From an uncultured Planctomycetia bacterium (lineage in GTDB: Bacteria > Omnitrophota > Gorgyraeia > Tantalellales > Tantalellaceae), in the NCBI GenBank assembly GCA_964527765.1, contig CAZGQR010000004.1, positions 64,083-128,082 on the forward strand: a stretch of 64,000 nt of DNA, written 5' to 3'. The notes under the pieces were generated by a model that was not told the origin of the DNA, made no database searches, and worked only from the letters and a program-made list of their open reading frames with translations. Shown here in pieces: positions 28,596 through 37,925 of the stretch. The first letter of the stretch is position 1. Every line of letters begins with the position of its first letter. A program made the position numbers and the translations under genes.

Positions 28596-29600
28596 ATGAG
28601 CAAGGTTTTTATAATAGCCGAAGCGGGAGTTAACCATAACGGAAGCATTGAACTGGCGAAGTGCCTGGTGGATTCGGCTGCAGAAGCCGGAGCGGATGCC
28701 GTGAAGTTCCAGACGTTCAGAGCGGAGAAAATGACCAGCAAGTTCGCGCCCAAGGCCGCGTACCAGGAAGAAACGACTTCTGGGTCGGAATCCCAGCTTG
28801 ATATGCTAAAAAAACTGGAATTGGACTCGAACGCACATGTGGAGATCATCGAATACTGCAGGAAGAAAAGCATCATGTTCCTTTCGGCACCGTTTGATAT
28901 TGAAAGCGTGGATCTGCTCGATAAATTGGGGCTTGAAATGTTCAAGATCCCCTCAGGCGGTGTAACGGACCTTCCTTATTTGGAAAGGATAGGAAGCCTA
29001 GGGAAGAAGGTCATAATGTCGACCGGGATGGCGGATCTGAAAGAGATAGAAGAGGCACTGGACGTGCTTACAAGATCAGGAACTTCGAAAGAGGATATAA
29101 CCATTTTACATTGCAATACGGAATATCCGACGCCGGTCGAAGATACAAATTTGGCCGCCATGCTCACAATGAAAAAAGTTTTTAAGGCCAACGTCGGGTA
29201 CTCCGATCATACGACAGGCACGGAGGTTCCCATAGCGGCGGTAGCTCTGGGAGCGTCCATGATAGAGAAGCATTTTACGCTGGATAAGGGCATGGAAGGC
29301 CCCGACCACAGGATGTCATTGGAACCTCATGAGTTTAAGAGCATGGTCGAGGCTATAAGAAATATAGAAAAAGCCCTTGGTGACGGGAGAAAGAAGCCTT
29401 CCAAGTCCGAGGCCGGGAACAGGCGCATAGTCAGGAAGAGTATAGTGGCGGGGCGGGATATCAAAAAAGGGGAGATTTTTACCGAGGAAAACATAACGGC
29501 TAAAAGGCCGGGGTCGGGGATAAGCCCAATGCGTTGGCACGACGTGATCGGAAAAGTCGCAAAAAGGGATTTCAGGAAAGATGAGGTTCTGACGCTGTGA
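28596..29600 (+). CDS. neuB: Nonulosonate (legionaminate/sialate) synthase
   Basis: IAEAGVNHNG, VKFQTF, HCNTEYP, GYSDHT, EKHFT; SAF domain. Confidence 0.93.
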   Translation: MSKVFIIAEAGVNHNGSIELAKCLVDSAAEAGADAVKFQTFRAEKMTSKFAPKAAYQEETTSGSESQLDMLKKLELDSNAHVEIIEYCRKKSIMFLSAPFDIESVDLLDKLGLEMFKIPSGGVTDLPYLERIGSLGKKVIMSTGMADLKEIEEALDVLTRSGTSKEDITILHCNTEYPTPVEDTNLAAMLTMKKVFKANVGYSDHTTGTEVPIAAVALGASMIEKHFTLDKGMEGPDHRMSLEPHEFKSMVEAIRNIEKALGDGRKKPSKSEAGNRRIVRKSIVAGRDIKKGEIFTEENITAKRPGSGISPMRWHDVIGKVAKRDFRKDEVLTL

Positions 29601-30778
29601 AAAGAAAAGTCTGTGTTGTCACGGGTTCGAGAGCGGAATACGGGCTTTTGAAGCCGCTGTTGGCCGAGATTAAAAACGACGGAGAAATGGAACTGCAGTT
29701 GATAGTGACGGGCATGCATCTGTCTTCCGAGTTTGGATTAACCTTCCGTGATGCGGAAAAGGACGGTTTTCTTATTAAAGAAAAAATAGACATTCTTCTG
29801 GATTCAGATACTCCCGTCGGTATCGCGAGATCCATGGGGCTCGCGCTGAAAAGTTTTGCCGAAGGATACGAACGGCTGCAGCCGGATTGCGTTGTCGTTC
29901 TTGGCGATCGATTTGAGCTGTTCGGAGTCGTCGCAGCGGCTCTTGTAAGCAGGATACCCGTTGTCCATATACACGGAGGGGAGCTTACAGAAGGCGTTTT
30001 TGACGACGCCATCCGCCATTCAATAACCAAGATGAGCCACCTGCATTTTACATCGACCGAGGAATACAGAAAAAGAGTCATCCAGCTGGGTGAAGATCCG
30101 AAGCGGGTTTTTAACGTGGGGGCGTTAGGTATAGATAATGTAAAAAGATTAACTCTTGTGCCTAAAGAAGAGTTAGAGAAAGAATGGGTTTTCACGTTCG
30201 CCAAACATAATATTTTGGTCACATTTCACCCGGTCACTCTTGAGGACAATACGGCGCAGGAACAATTTCGGAACGTACTTGATGTGATGGACGGGATCCC
30301 CGATATGCATATTATTTTCACTAAAGCGAACGCCGACCCGGGCGGAAAGACCATTAACGGTATGATCGATGAATATGTGTCGAGGAACAGCCGTAAAGCT
30401 GTCGCGGTAACGTCCATGGGAACGGCGAAATACCTTTCAACGATGAAGCTTGTCGATGCCGTGGTCGGCAATTCATCCAGCGGCATTATCGAGGCCCCGA
30501 GTTTCAGGGTTCCTACCGTCAATATCGGCGATCGGCAAAAGGGGCGAGTCAGAGCAAAGAGCGTGATAGATTGCGAACCTACGAAAAAAGGGATAAAAAG
30601 GGCGATAGAAAGACTGTATTCCGAAGAATTCCAGAAAAGCCTTGAAAATGTGGTTAATCCATACGGTGACGGCAATACCGCGAAAAGGATCAAGGGTATC
30701 CTGAAGTCCAACGACCTGACCGGCATCGTGAAAAAGTCTTTTTATGATATGACTGGAGGGCGTAATGAGGTATTGTAA
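29597..30778 (+). CDS. neuC: Hydrolysing NDP-diNAc-bacillosamine 2-epimerase (NeuC/LegG)
   Basis: GSRAEYG, TGMHL, LGDRFE, HIHGGE, GNSSSGI. Confidence 0.93.
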   Translation: MKRKVCVVTGSRAEYGLLKPLLAEIKNDGEMELQLIVTGMHLSSEFGLTFRDAEKDGFLIKEKIDILLDSDTPVGIARSMGLALKSFAEGYERLQPDCVVVLGDRFELFGVVAAALVSRIPVVHIHGGELTEGVFDDAIRHSITKMSHLHFTSTEEYRKRVIQLGEDPKRVFNVGALGIDNVKRLTLVPKEELEKEWVFTFAKHNILVTFHPVTLEDNTAQEQFRNVLDVMDGIPDMHIIFTKANADPGGKTINGMIDEYVSRNSRKAVAVTSMGTAKYLSTMKLVDAVVGNSSSGIIEAPSFRVPTVNIGDRQKGRVRAKSVIDCEPTKKGIKRAIERLYSEEFQKSLENVVNPYGDGNTAKRIKGILKSNDLTGIVKKSFYDMTGGRNEVL

Positions 30779-31892
30779 AAAATGTGTGATGCCGGATACC
30801 AGACCCGGAATCGTTTTTGACGAAAAAGGTGTTTGCCATCCCTGTAAAGTGACCGAAGAAAGAAAGAAGATCGACTGGGACGCAAGATTAAATGAATTGA
30901 GGAAGTTGTGCGATAAATACAGGGGGATAAACGGGGACTATTACGATTGTATTATCGCGGTGAGCGCGGGGAAAGACAGCCATTTTCAAGTATATGTCAT
31001 GAAGGAATTGATGGGGATGAATCCCCTTCTTGTCAATGTCTATAATTTCAGTTGGACTCAGACAGGGTTGCATAATTTTAATAACATAAGTGAGGCATTC
31101 GGGTGTGACATTATTTCGCTGCATCTCAACAGAAAAATCGCCAGGAAGATGCTTTGGAAAGCTCTTGTGAAGATGGGGTCGCCGACCTGGTACTGGGACA
31201 GGGCAGTTTATGCCTTTCCTTTAAGGGTCGGCATAAATTTTAATGTCCCTTTGATCGTATATGGCGAAAATATAAGCTATGAATACGGCGGCCCACAGGT
31301 GAAAGAGACATACAGCGCCAGGGAGCAGATCGATAATGATGTGGTAAAAAATGTGGATTGGGATTACTGGCTGGACGATGAAATAACAATGAAGGATCTG
31401 AATGGGGTCGTATATCCCGGCAAGGAGGAATCGGAAAAAGCGGGTCTGGAGCCCATATATCTCAGCTATTTCGTGAGATGGGACGGGCACAGGAACATGG
31501 AGATTGCGAAAAGGTATGGTTTCAAATCCCTGAAAGACACCGGCGAGTGGGATAGAAAAGGTTATATAGAAGATTACGACCAGATAGACGCCGTAGGTTA
31601 TCTCGTCCATCCGTGGTTGAAGTACCCCAAATACGGGCACGCACGCGCTACGGATGTCGCCTGTTACTGGATAAGGACGGGCCGTATCACAAGGGAGGAA
31701 GGGATAAAACTGGTGAAGGAACATGATCACGAGCTTGACGGAAAGGCCCTGAAGGATTTCCTTGATTTTGTGGGGCATACGGAAGAAGAATTCTGGCAGG
31801 CGGTGGAAAGGTTCTATAACAGGGATATCTTCGAAAAAGTAGAGGGCCGATGGATGCTAAAAGACCCTATTTACAAGGATTTGAAGGAGTGA
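30765..31892 (+). CDS. N-acetyl sugar amidotransferase (WbuX/PtmG/PseA family)
   Basis: CKKCVMPDTRPG..CHPC; PP-loop VSAGKDS; YGEN..EYGG; KYPKYG. Confidence 0.88.
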   Translation: MRYCKKCVMPDTRPGIVFDEKGVCHPCKVTEERKKIDWDARLNELRKLCDKYRGINGDYYDCIIAVSAGKDSHFQVYVMKELMGMNPLLVNVYNFSWTQTGLHNFNNISEAFGCDIISLHLNRKIARKMLWKALVKMGSPTWYWDRAVYAFPLRVGINFNVPLIVYGENISYEYGGPQVKETYSAREQIDNDVVKNVDWDYWLDDEITMKDLNGVVYPGKEESEKAGLEPIYLSYFVRWDGHRNMEIAKRYGFKSLKDTGEWDRKGYIEDYDQIDAVGYLVHPWLKYPKYGHARATDVACYWIRTGRITREEGIKLVKEHDHELDGKALKDFLDFVGHTEEEFWQAVERFYNRDIFEKVEGRWMLKDPIYKDLKE

Positions 31893-31893
31893 T

Positions 31894-32961
31894 ATGAGGG
31901 ACATAGTTTCTAAGATAAGGATCTCTCCGGAGGCGTCGATAAAAGAAGCCCTGAAGAAGATTGATGAAGCGGGTCTGGCGATACTGTTTGTCTGCGGCAG
32001 AGACGGTTCTTTGCTGGGGTCGCTTACTGACGGCGATATAAGGAGAAAGGTCTTAAAAGGAGGGAACCTGCAGGAAAAGATCACCAATTGCTTTAACCGC
32101 AAGCCCGCCTTCGTCGTGGAAAACAATTATACCACGGAAGATGTAAAGGCACTCATGCTGGACAGGACGATCGAGGTCATTCCCGTGGTCGATAACATGA
32201 ACAGGATCGCGGATATACTGTTCTGGAAGGACTTGTTTGAAAAAGACAGCGTCTCCGGAAGAAAGATAAATGTCCCTTTGGTAATAATGGCCGGCGGAAA
32301 AGGGGAAAGGCTGGGCCCTTTCACCAAGATACTTCCCAAGCCCCTCATCCCCATAGGGGAAAAACCCATAATAGAGATAATCATAGACAAGTTCCGGCAG
32401 CACGGGGTGAAGCAGTTTTATATCACGCTGAATTATAAGGGCGAAATGATAAAAGCTTATTTCGAAAGCATTAAAAAGGAATGCTATATAGAATACGTCT
32501 GGGAAAAAGAATTTTTGGGGACAGCCGGCAGTTTAAAATTGATGCCTCTCCATTTAGAGGATACATTTATAGTATCTAACTGCGATATTATCGTGAATGC
32601 GAACTACGAGGATTTATTGAATTTCCATCAGGAGAACCAGAATGTATTGACCGCGATGGGGTCGATCCAGCATCATAGGATTCCTTATGGCGTCATTCAT
32701 TTCGAAAAAAAGGGGAAGGTGAAGAATATTCAGGAAAAGCCGGAATACGATCTCACGGTGAACACGGGAGTGTACGTGTTGTCTAAAAAAGTCTTTGATC
32801 TCATCCCCGAAAATGAATATTTCGACATGACGGATCTTATGCAGGTTCTTTTGGACAGGGGAGAGAATGTGGGGGTGTACCCCGTGTCCCAGAAGTCCTA
32901 TGTGGATATCGGACAATGGGAAGAGTATAAAAAAGCGATAGAAGACCTTGGGTTATTCTGA
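31894..32961 (+). CDS. ptmE: CBS-domain nucleotidyltransferase (PtmE-like)
   Basis: CBS pair (GSLTDGDIRR); MAGGKGERL, PKPL, LGTAGSL, DIG. Confidence 0.85.
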   Translation: MRDIVSKIRISPEASIKEALKKIDEAGLAILFVCGRDGSLLGSLTDGDIRRKVLKGGNLQEKITNCFNRKPAFVVENNYTTEDVKALMLDRTIEVIPVVDNMNRIADILFWKDLFEKDSVSGRKINVPLVIMAGGKGERLGPFTKILPKPLIPIGEKPIIEIIIDKFRQHGVKQFYITLNYKGEMIKAYFESIKKECYIEYVWEKEFLGTAGSLKLMPLHLEDTFIVSNCDIIVNANYEDLLNFHQENQNVLTAMGSIQHHRIPYGVIHFEKKGKVKNIQEKPEYDLTVNTGVYVLSKKVFDLIPENEYFDMTDLMQVLLDRGENVGVYPVSQKSYVDIGQWEEYKKAIEDLGLF

Positions 32962-32978
32962 CGGGGGGTGTCGTCGGT

Positions 32979-33674
32979 ATGTTTCAAAATAAAAAAATTC
33001 TGGCTTTGATTCCTGCCAGGGGCGGCAGTAAGGGGCTTTCGCGTAAGAATATAAAACTCTTATCCGGAAAACCATTGATCGCGTGGACGATAGAAAGAGC
33101 GAGAAACAGCAAGTATATTGACGAGATCGTTGTTTCTACGGACGATGAAGAAATAGCCGAAGTTTCCAAACAATACGGGGCGGAGATCCCCTTCTTGAGG
33201 CCCGAAGAATTGGCTACGGACGAAGCAAAAGGGGTGGATGTCGCTTTACACGCGGTTGAGCGGCTGAAAACTGATGGTAGGGTCTATGATTTATTGATAC
33301 TATTGCAGCCTACTTCTCCGCTTCGGGTGTCGGAAGATATTGATAAGGCAATAGAGCTGCTTTTTTCAAAAAGCGCAAAGGCTGTTGTTTCGGTGCATGA
33401 GATCAGGCACCATTCTTATAAAGCCAATAATTTGCCTGAAGATGGGTGCATGAAAGATTTTATCAGACCCGAAGCCATGAATAAAAATAGACAGGATTTA
33501 CCGGTCTTTTACGGGTTAAACGGTGCTATTTATTTAGCTTATTGTGATTACATGGAAAGGCAAAAAAGCTTTTTCGGGAATGAGACCTTTGCTTATATAA
33601 TGCCGCGGAAAAGATCAGTCGATATCGACGATGAAATAGATTTCAAGATGGCAGAGACCCTGCTGGAGTCGTGA
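32979..33674 (+). CDS. neuA: CMP-nonulosonate synthetase (cytidylyltransferase)
   Basis: IPARGGSKGL..KN, VSTD, LQPTSPLR, NGAIY, DIDDEID. Confidence 0.92.
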   Translation: MFQNKKILALIPARGGSKGLSRKNIKLLSGKPLIAWTIERARNSKYIDEIVVSTDDEEIAEVSKQYGAEIPFLRPEELATDEAKGVDVALHAVERLKTDGRVYDLLILLQPTSPLRVSEDIDKAIELLFSKSAKAVVSVHEIRHHSYKANNLPEDGCMKDFIRPEAMNKNRQDLPVFYGLNGAIYLAYCDYMERQKSFFGNETFAYIMPRKRSVDIDDEIDFKMAETLLES

Positions 33675-33709
33675 GTTTCTGGAAATAATAACATAAAGGA
33701 GAGAAAACA

Positions 33710-34726
33710 ATGTACGATTATTTAAACAACAAAACGGTTTTAATAACGGGTGGCACAGGGTCTTTCGGCAGGAAATGTACGGAACTGTTGCTGAAGAACG
33801 CTAAACTGCGCAAACTTATCATTCTAAGCCGTGATGAGCTGAAACAACACGATATGGCTCGCGTTTTTAACAGCAGTTTCTATGACACCAAGATAAGTTA
33901 TTATCTCGGCGACGTGCGGGACAGCCAGCGGCTGCACAGGGCGTTTCACGGCGTGGATTATGTCGTTCACGCGGCCGCGCTTAAACAGGTTCCCGCCGCA
34001 GAGTATAATCCGGACGAAGTAATTAAGACCAATGTTATGGGTGCTATAAACGTTGTAAATGCCGCTATAGACCAGGGGGTCAAAAAGGTTGTCGCGCTCA
34101 GTACGGATAAAGCGGTCAATCCCGCGAATCTGTATGGCGCGAGCAAGCTCTGTTCGGATAAATTATTTATTGCGGGCAACTCTTATGTTGGGGATGCCGG
34201 GACACATTTCAGTGTGGTGCGTTACGGAAATGTTATCGGATCCAGAGGAAGTGTTATCCCCGTATTTTTGGAAAAAAGGGAAAAAGGGGTTTTGCCGGTT
34301 ACCGACGAACGGATGACCAGGTTCTGGCTGACGATTGAAAACGGGGTTAATTTCGTTCTGCGGTGTTTAAAGGAGATGGAGGGTGGGGAGATTTTTATCC
34401 CTAAGATTCCCAGCATGAAGATTGCAGATCTGGCAAAAGCGATCGCCCCTGGTTGCAAGATTGAGAAGGTCGGGATAAGGCCCGGCGAGAAGATCGACGA
34501 ATGTTTGCTTACGGAAGACGAAGCAAGGTATGCGCTTGAATTTGAAGATTTTTTTGTGATTATTCCACAACGTCCATGGTGGAAGTCGGATAAGTGGGAA
34601 AACGGCAGAAAATTGCCCGATGGATTCAGATATGCCAGCAATACTAACGATCGCTGGTTAAGCGAAAACGAATTACAGGAGATGACCGGAGATTTGAATG
34701 GAACATATTTCTTACGGCAGGCATAG
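33710..34726 (+). CDS. pseB: UDP-GlcNAc 4,6-dehydratase (inverting)
   Basis: GGTGSFG, SRDELKQ, AALKQVP, LSTDKA, YGASK, RYGNV.GSRGSV. Confidence 0.95.
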   Translation: MYDYLNNKTVLITGGTGSFGRKCTELLLKNAKLRKLIILSRDELKQHDMARVFNSSFYDTKISYYLGDVRDSQRLHRAFHGVDYVVHAAALKQVPAAEYNPDEVIKTNVMGAINVVNAAIDQGVKKVVALSTDKAVNPANLYGASKLCSDKLFIAGNSYVGDAGTHFSVVRYGNVIGSRGSVIPVFLEKREKGVLPVTDERMTRFWLTIENGVNFVLRCLKEMEGGEIFIPKIPSMKIADLAKAIAPGCKIEKVGIRPGEKIDECLLTEDEARYALEFEDFFVIIPQRPWWKSDKWENGRKLPDGFRYASNTNDRWLSENELQEMTGDLNGTYFLRQA

Positions 34727-35837
34727 CATCGATAAGAGCGATATAGACGGTGTGGTCAGGGCCTTAAAGTCGGATCGGATCACCCAGGGCCCCGCTGTGC
34801 CTGAGTTTGAAGCGGCCCTATGTCGGTATACAGGCGCTGAATATGCGGTGGCGGTTTCGAGCGGGACAGCTGCTTTGCATATCAGCTGTTTAGCCGCTGG
34901 CATAGGTAAAGGGGACAGGGTTATAACCTCGCCCATGACTTTTCTGGCGACAGCGAATTCCGTATTGTACTGCGGAGGAAAGCCGGTTTTTGCGGATGTC
35001 CATGAAGACACAGCGAACATCGATCCGGAAGAGATAAAAAAGAAGATAACAAAGAAAGTGAAAGCGATCATCCCGGTCCATTTCGCCGGGCATCCGGCCG
35101 ATTTAGAGGAGATCCGCAGTATCGCCGATAAACATGATTTAACGGTGATTGAAGATGCCTGTCACGCGCTGGGGGCGGAATATAAAGGTTCCCGGATAGG
35201 GGCCTGCAAGCATTCGGACATGACGGTTTTCAGTTTTCACCCGGTAAAACACATTACGACAGGTGAAGGGGGAGCTGTTACAACGAACCGCAAGGACCTG
35301 TATGAGAAACTTTTGATGCTGAGAAATCACGGGATAACCAGAGAAAAAGAAAAACTCGGTAGATGGGATGGTCCATGGTATTACGAACAGCAGATGCTCG
35401 GTTTTAATTATCGCATAAGCGATTTTCAGTGTGCCCTGGGGATCAGTCAGCTTCAAAGACTTGACACGTTTTTGAAGAGACGTAGAAGAATCGTTGATTA
35501 TTACAATAAGCAGTTTTCCAGCATCGATGGCCTTATATTGCCCGTGGAACGGCCGTATGTAAGATCTTCCTGGCATATATATTGTGTAAAATTCCGCAGA
35601 TATTCGCGAAGAAAAAAGATATTCGAGGGTTTACATAGGGCAGGCATCGGCGCTCAGATCCATTATATTCCCGTTCATTTGCAACCGTATTATCGCGGAA
35701 ATTTTGGATATAAAAGGGGGGATTACCCGAAAGCCGAAGAGCATTACCGTAAAACCACAACCATACCTCTTTACCCCAAAATGGAGGGGACAGAGAAGTG
35801 TCATGTAGCGAACATTTTAAGGACGTTATTGAAATGA
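34698..35837 (+). CDS. pseC: UDP-4-amino-4,6-dideoxy-N-acetyl-beta-L-altrosamine transaminase
   Basis: ISYGRHSI, TQGP, EDACHA, SFHPVKHITTGEGG. Confidence 0.92.
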   Translation: MEHISYGRHSIDKSDIDGVVRALKSDRITQGPAVPEFEAALCRYTGAEYAVAVSSGTAALHISCLAAGIGKGDRVITSPMTFLATANSVLYCGGKPVFADVHEDTANIDPEEIKKKITKKVKAIIPVHFAGHPADLEEIRSIADKHDLTVIEDACHALGAEYKGSRIGACKHSDMTVFSFHPVKHITTGEGGAVTTNRKDLYEKLLMLRNHGITREKEKLGRWDGPWYYEQQMLGFNYRISDFQCALGISQLQRLDTFLKRRRRIVDYYNKQFSSIDGLILPVERPYVRSSWHIYCVKFRRYSRRKKIFEGLHRAGIGAQIHYIPVHLQPYYRGNFGYKRGDYPKAEEHYRKTTTIPLYPKMEGTEKCHVANILRTLLK

Positions 35838-37207
35838 AGATTTTGTTGATCAACCCGCCTATACGAGAATGGTCCAAGCCCAATGTTTTTCCTTTGGGAT
35901 TGGGATATATTGCGGCTGTATTGCTCAGGGACGGACATGATGTTGAGGTGCTGGATATAAATGCTTATCGGTTTGATAAAGAGGAAGTTGAAAACAGGAT
36001 CAGAGACCTTGATTTTGACATAGTCGGTATCGGCGGGATAGTGACAATATATGCGTATGTTAAATGGCTGACAGGGATGATAAAAAGATATCATCCCGGG
36101 AAGAAAGTCATTGTCGGCGGCAGTGTCGGTTCTTCCATTCCAAGGATCATGCTGGAAAAAAATCCCGTCGATGTCGTTTGTATTGGCGAGGGGGAGGAAA
36201 CGATCAGGGAGCTGGCCAGGGCGCTGGAAAATAACGGGGATCTATCAAAGATCAAAGGGATCTGGTACAGGGGGAATAAGGGTGAAGCATGTCAGAACGA
36301 AATACGCCCCCCTATTAAGGATTTGGATGAAATACCTTTGCCGGCATGGGATCTTTTCCCGATGGATATATATCTTAAAAATCCGGTAGGCGCGCCGAAC
36401 AGGAATAAGTGGATAGATGGTTCGGCGGATAATGAGGAAAGCCTTTCGATGAATGTATTTGCTACCAGGGGGTGTCCGTATCAATGCATTTACTGTTACC
36501 ATGATTTCATGGGGCAGGGGTATCGCACGCGTTCTCCGGAAAATATAATCAAGGAAATAAGAACCCTTTACGAACGGTACGGCGTTAAGTATTTTCATTT
36601 TATCGACGATGAATTGGTTTTGAATAAAAGTTTCATTTATGAGCTGTGCAGACGGTTTACGGCGCTCAGCAAAGAGACCGGGCGCAAGATAACCTGGGGA
36701 TGTGCCGGCAGGGTCAATCTTATGACGGAAGATCTGGTCTCCTCCATGGCTGATGCCGGTTGCGTTTTAATAGGTTACGGCATAGAAACGGGTAGCTTGA
36801 AAATGCTGGAATTAATCAAAAAAAACACGACAGTTGAGCAGGCAAAAGATGCCATACGCCTTACCAGAAAATATCTCGGATGGGCGGACACTTCATTCAT
36901 GATTGGTTATCCCGGCGAGACGCGGAGCACGGTTCAAGAGACAGTAGATTTTTGCAAAGAATTAGATTTAACGCCCGAAGTGATTTTTTTCATGACCCCT
37001 TATCCGGGGACAGAATTATATTCGATGGCCTTGAAACAGGGCAGGATCAAGGATGAAGAGAAATACTTGCTTGGATTGGGAGAGCAGGGCGAGAAAATCA
37101 GGGTTAATTTCACGGATTTTTCCGACAGTGAACTTTACCGGATCCAAGCGGAGATGATAGAGGAATTGAACGCGTGGAACAAAATAAAACATCCTGAAGC
37201 GAGGTGA
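35834..37207 (+). CDS. Cobalamin-dependent radical SAM enzyme (class B methylase-like)
   Basis: N-terminal B12-binding domain (PLGLGYIAA, GEGE); RGCPYQCIYC; ATGA overlap with the pseC stop. Confidence 0.9.
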   Translation: MKILLINPPIREWSKPNVFPLGLGYIAAVLLRDGHDVEVLDINAYRFDKEEVENRIRDLDFDIVGIGGIVTIYAYVKWLTGMIKRYHPGKKVIVGGSVGSSIPRIMLEKNPVDVVCIGEGEETIRELARALENNGDLSKIKGIWYRGNKGEACQNEIRPPIKDLDEIPLPAWDLFPMDIYLKNPVGAPNRNKWIDGSADNEESLSMNVFATRGCPYQCIYCYHDFMGQGYRTRSPENIIKEIRTLYERYGVKYFHFIDDELVLNKSFIYELCRRFTALSKETGRKITWGCAGRVNLMTEDLVSSMADAGCVLIGYGIETGSLKMLELIKKNTTVEQAKDAIRLTRKYLGWADTSFMIGYPGETRSTVQETVDFCKELDLTPEVIFFMTPYPGTELYSMALKQGRIKDEEKYLLGLGEQGEKIRVNFTDFSDSELYRIQAEMIEELNAWNKIKHPEAR

Positions 37208-37211
37208 TTGA

Positions 37212-37925
37212 ATGAATATCGTTGGAATTATTCCCGCCAGAGGAGGAAGCAAAGGGATCAAAGGAAAGAACATTATTGATATCAACGGGAAACCTCTCAT
37301 CGGATATACGATAGAGGACGCATTATCTTCAAAGCTTATCAACAGGATCGTGGTTTCCACGGATAGCGATGAGATAGCAAGCGTTGTCTCAGGTATGTAC
37401 GATGTGGAGGTCATAAAAAGACCGTCTGCATTTGCCAGAGACGATTCTCCGATTGAAGAAGCTTTGCTGCATGTAGTCGAATATCTGGAACAGAAGGAAA
37501 AATATACCGTTGATCTCGTGGTATGGATGCAAGCCAACGTGCCCATAAGAAAAGAGGGAATAATCGACGAAGCTGTTGTCAGGCTTGTTAATTCCGATGC
37601 GGATTCCTGCGTGACATGTTATGAGGTGGATCAAATACCCGAGGTGATGAAGGTAATGAATGAAAAAGGGAGACTGGCACCCTTATTTGAGGATGTAAAA
37701 GGCATAAGAAGGCAGGAGTTCCCTAAAAAGTATTTACTTGATGGTTCGGTTGTCGCTTTAAGGGCGAAAAATCTTTTCCAGACCCGCGGGATAAGGAAAG
37801 CGCACATATATCTGGGCAGGGAAATCATCCCGCTTATTCAGGAAAAGAAGATGTATACGCTTGAAATTGACGTTCCGGAGGATATTTTGTCCGTGAAGTA
37901 TTATATGGAAAAGGTCGATCGATGA
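37212..37925 (+). CDS. Second CMP-nonulosonate synthetase (PseF-like)
   Basis: IPARGGSKGI..KN, VSTD, RRQ; QANVP in place of QPTSP. Confidence 0.85.
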   Translation: MNIVGIIPARGGSKGIKGKNIIDINGKPLIGYTIEDALSSKLINRIVVSTDSDEIASVVSGMYDVEVIKRPSAFARDDSPIEEALLHVVEYLEQKEKYTVDLVVWMQANVPIRKEGIIDEAVVRLVNSDADSCVTCYEVDQIPEVMKVMNEKGRLAPLFEDVKGIRRQEFPKKYLLDGSVVALRAKNLFQTRGIRKAHIYLGREIIPLIQEKKMYTLEIDVPEDILSVKYYMEKVDR

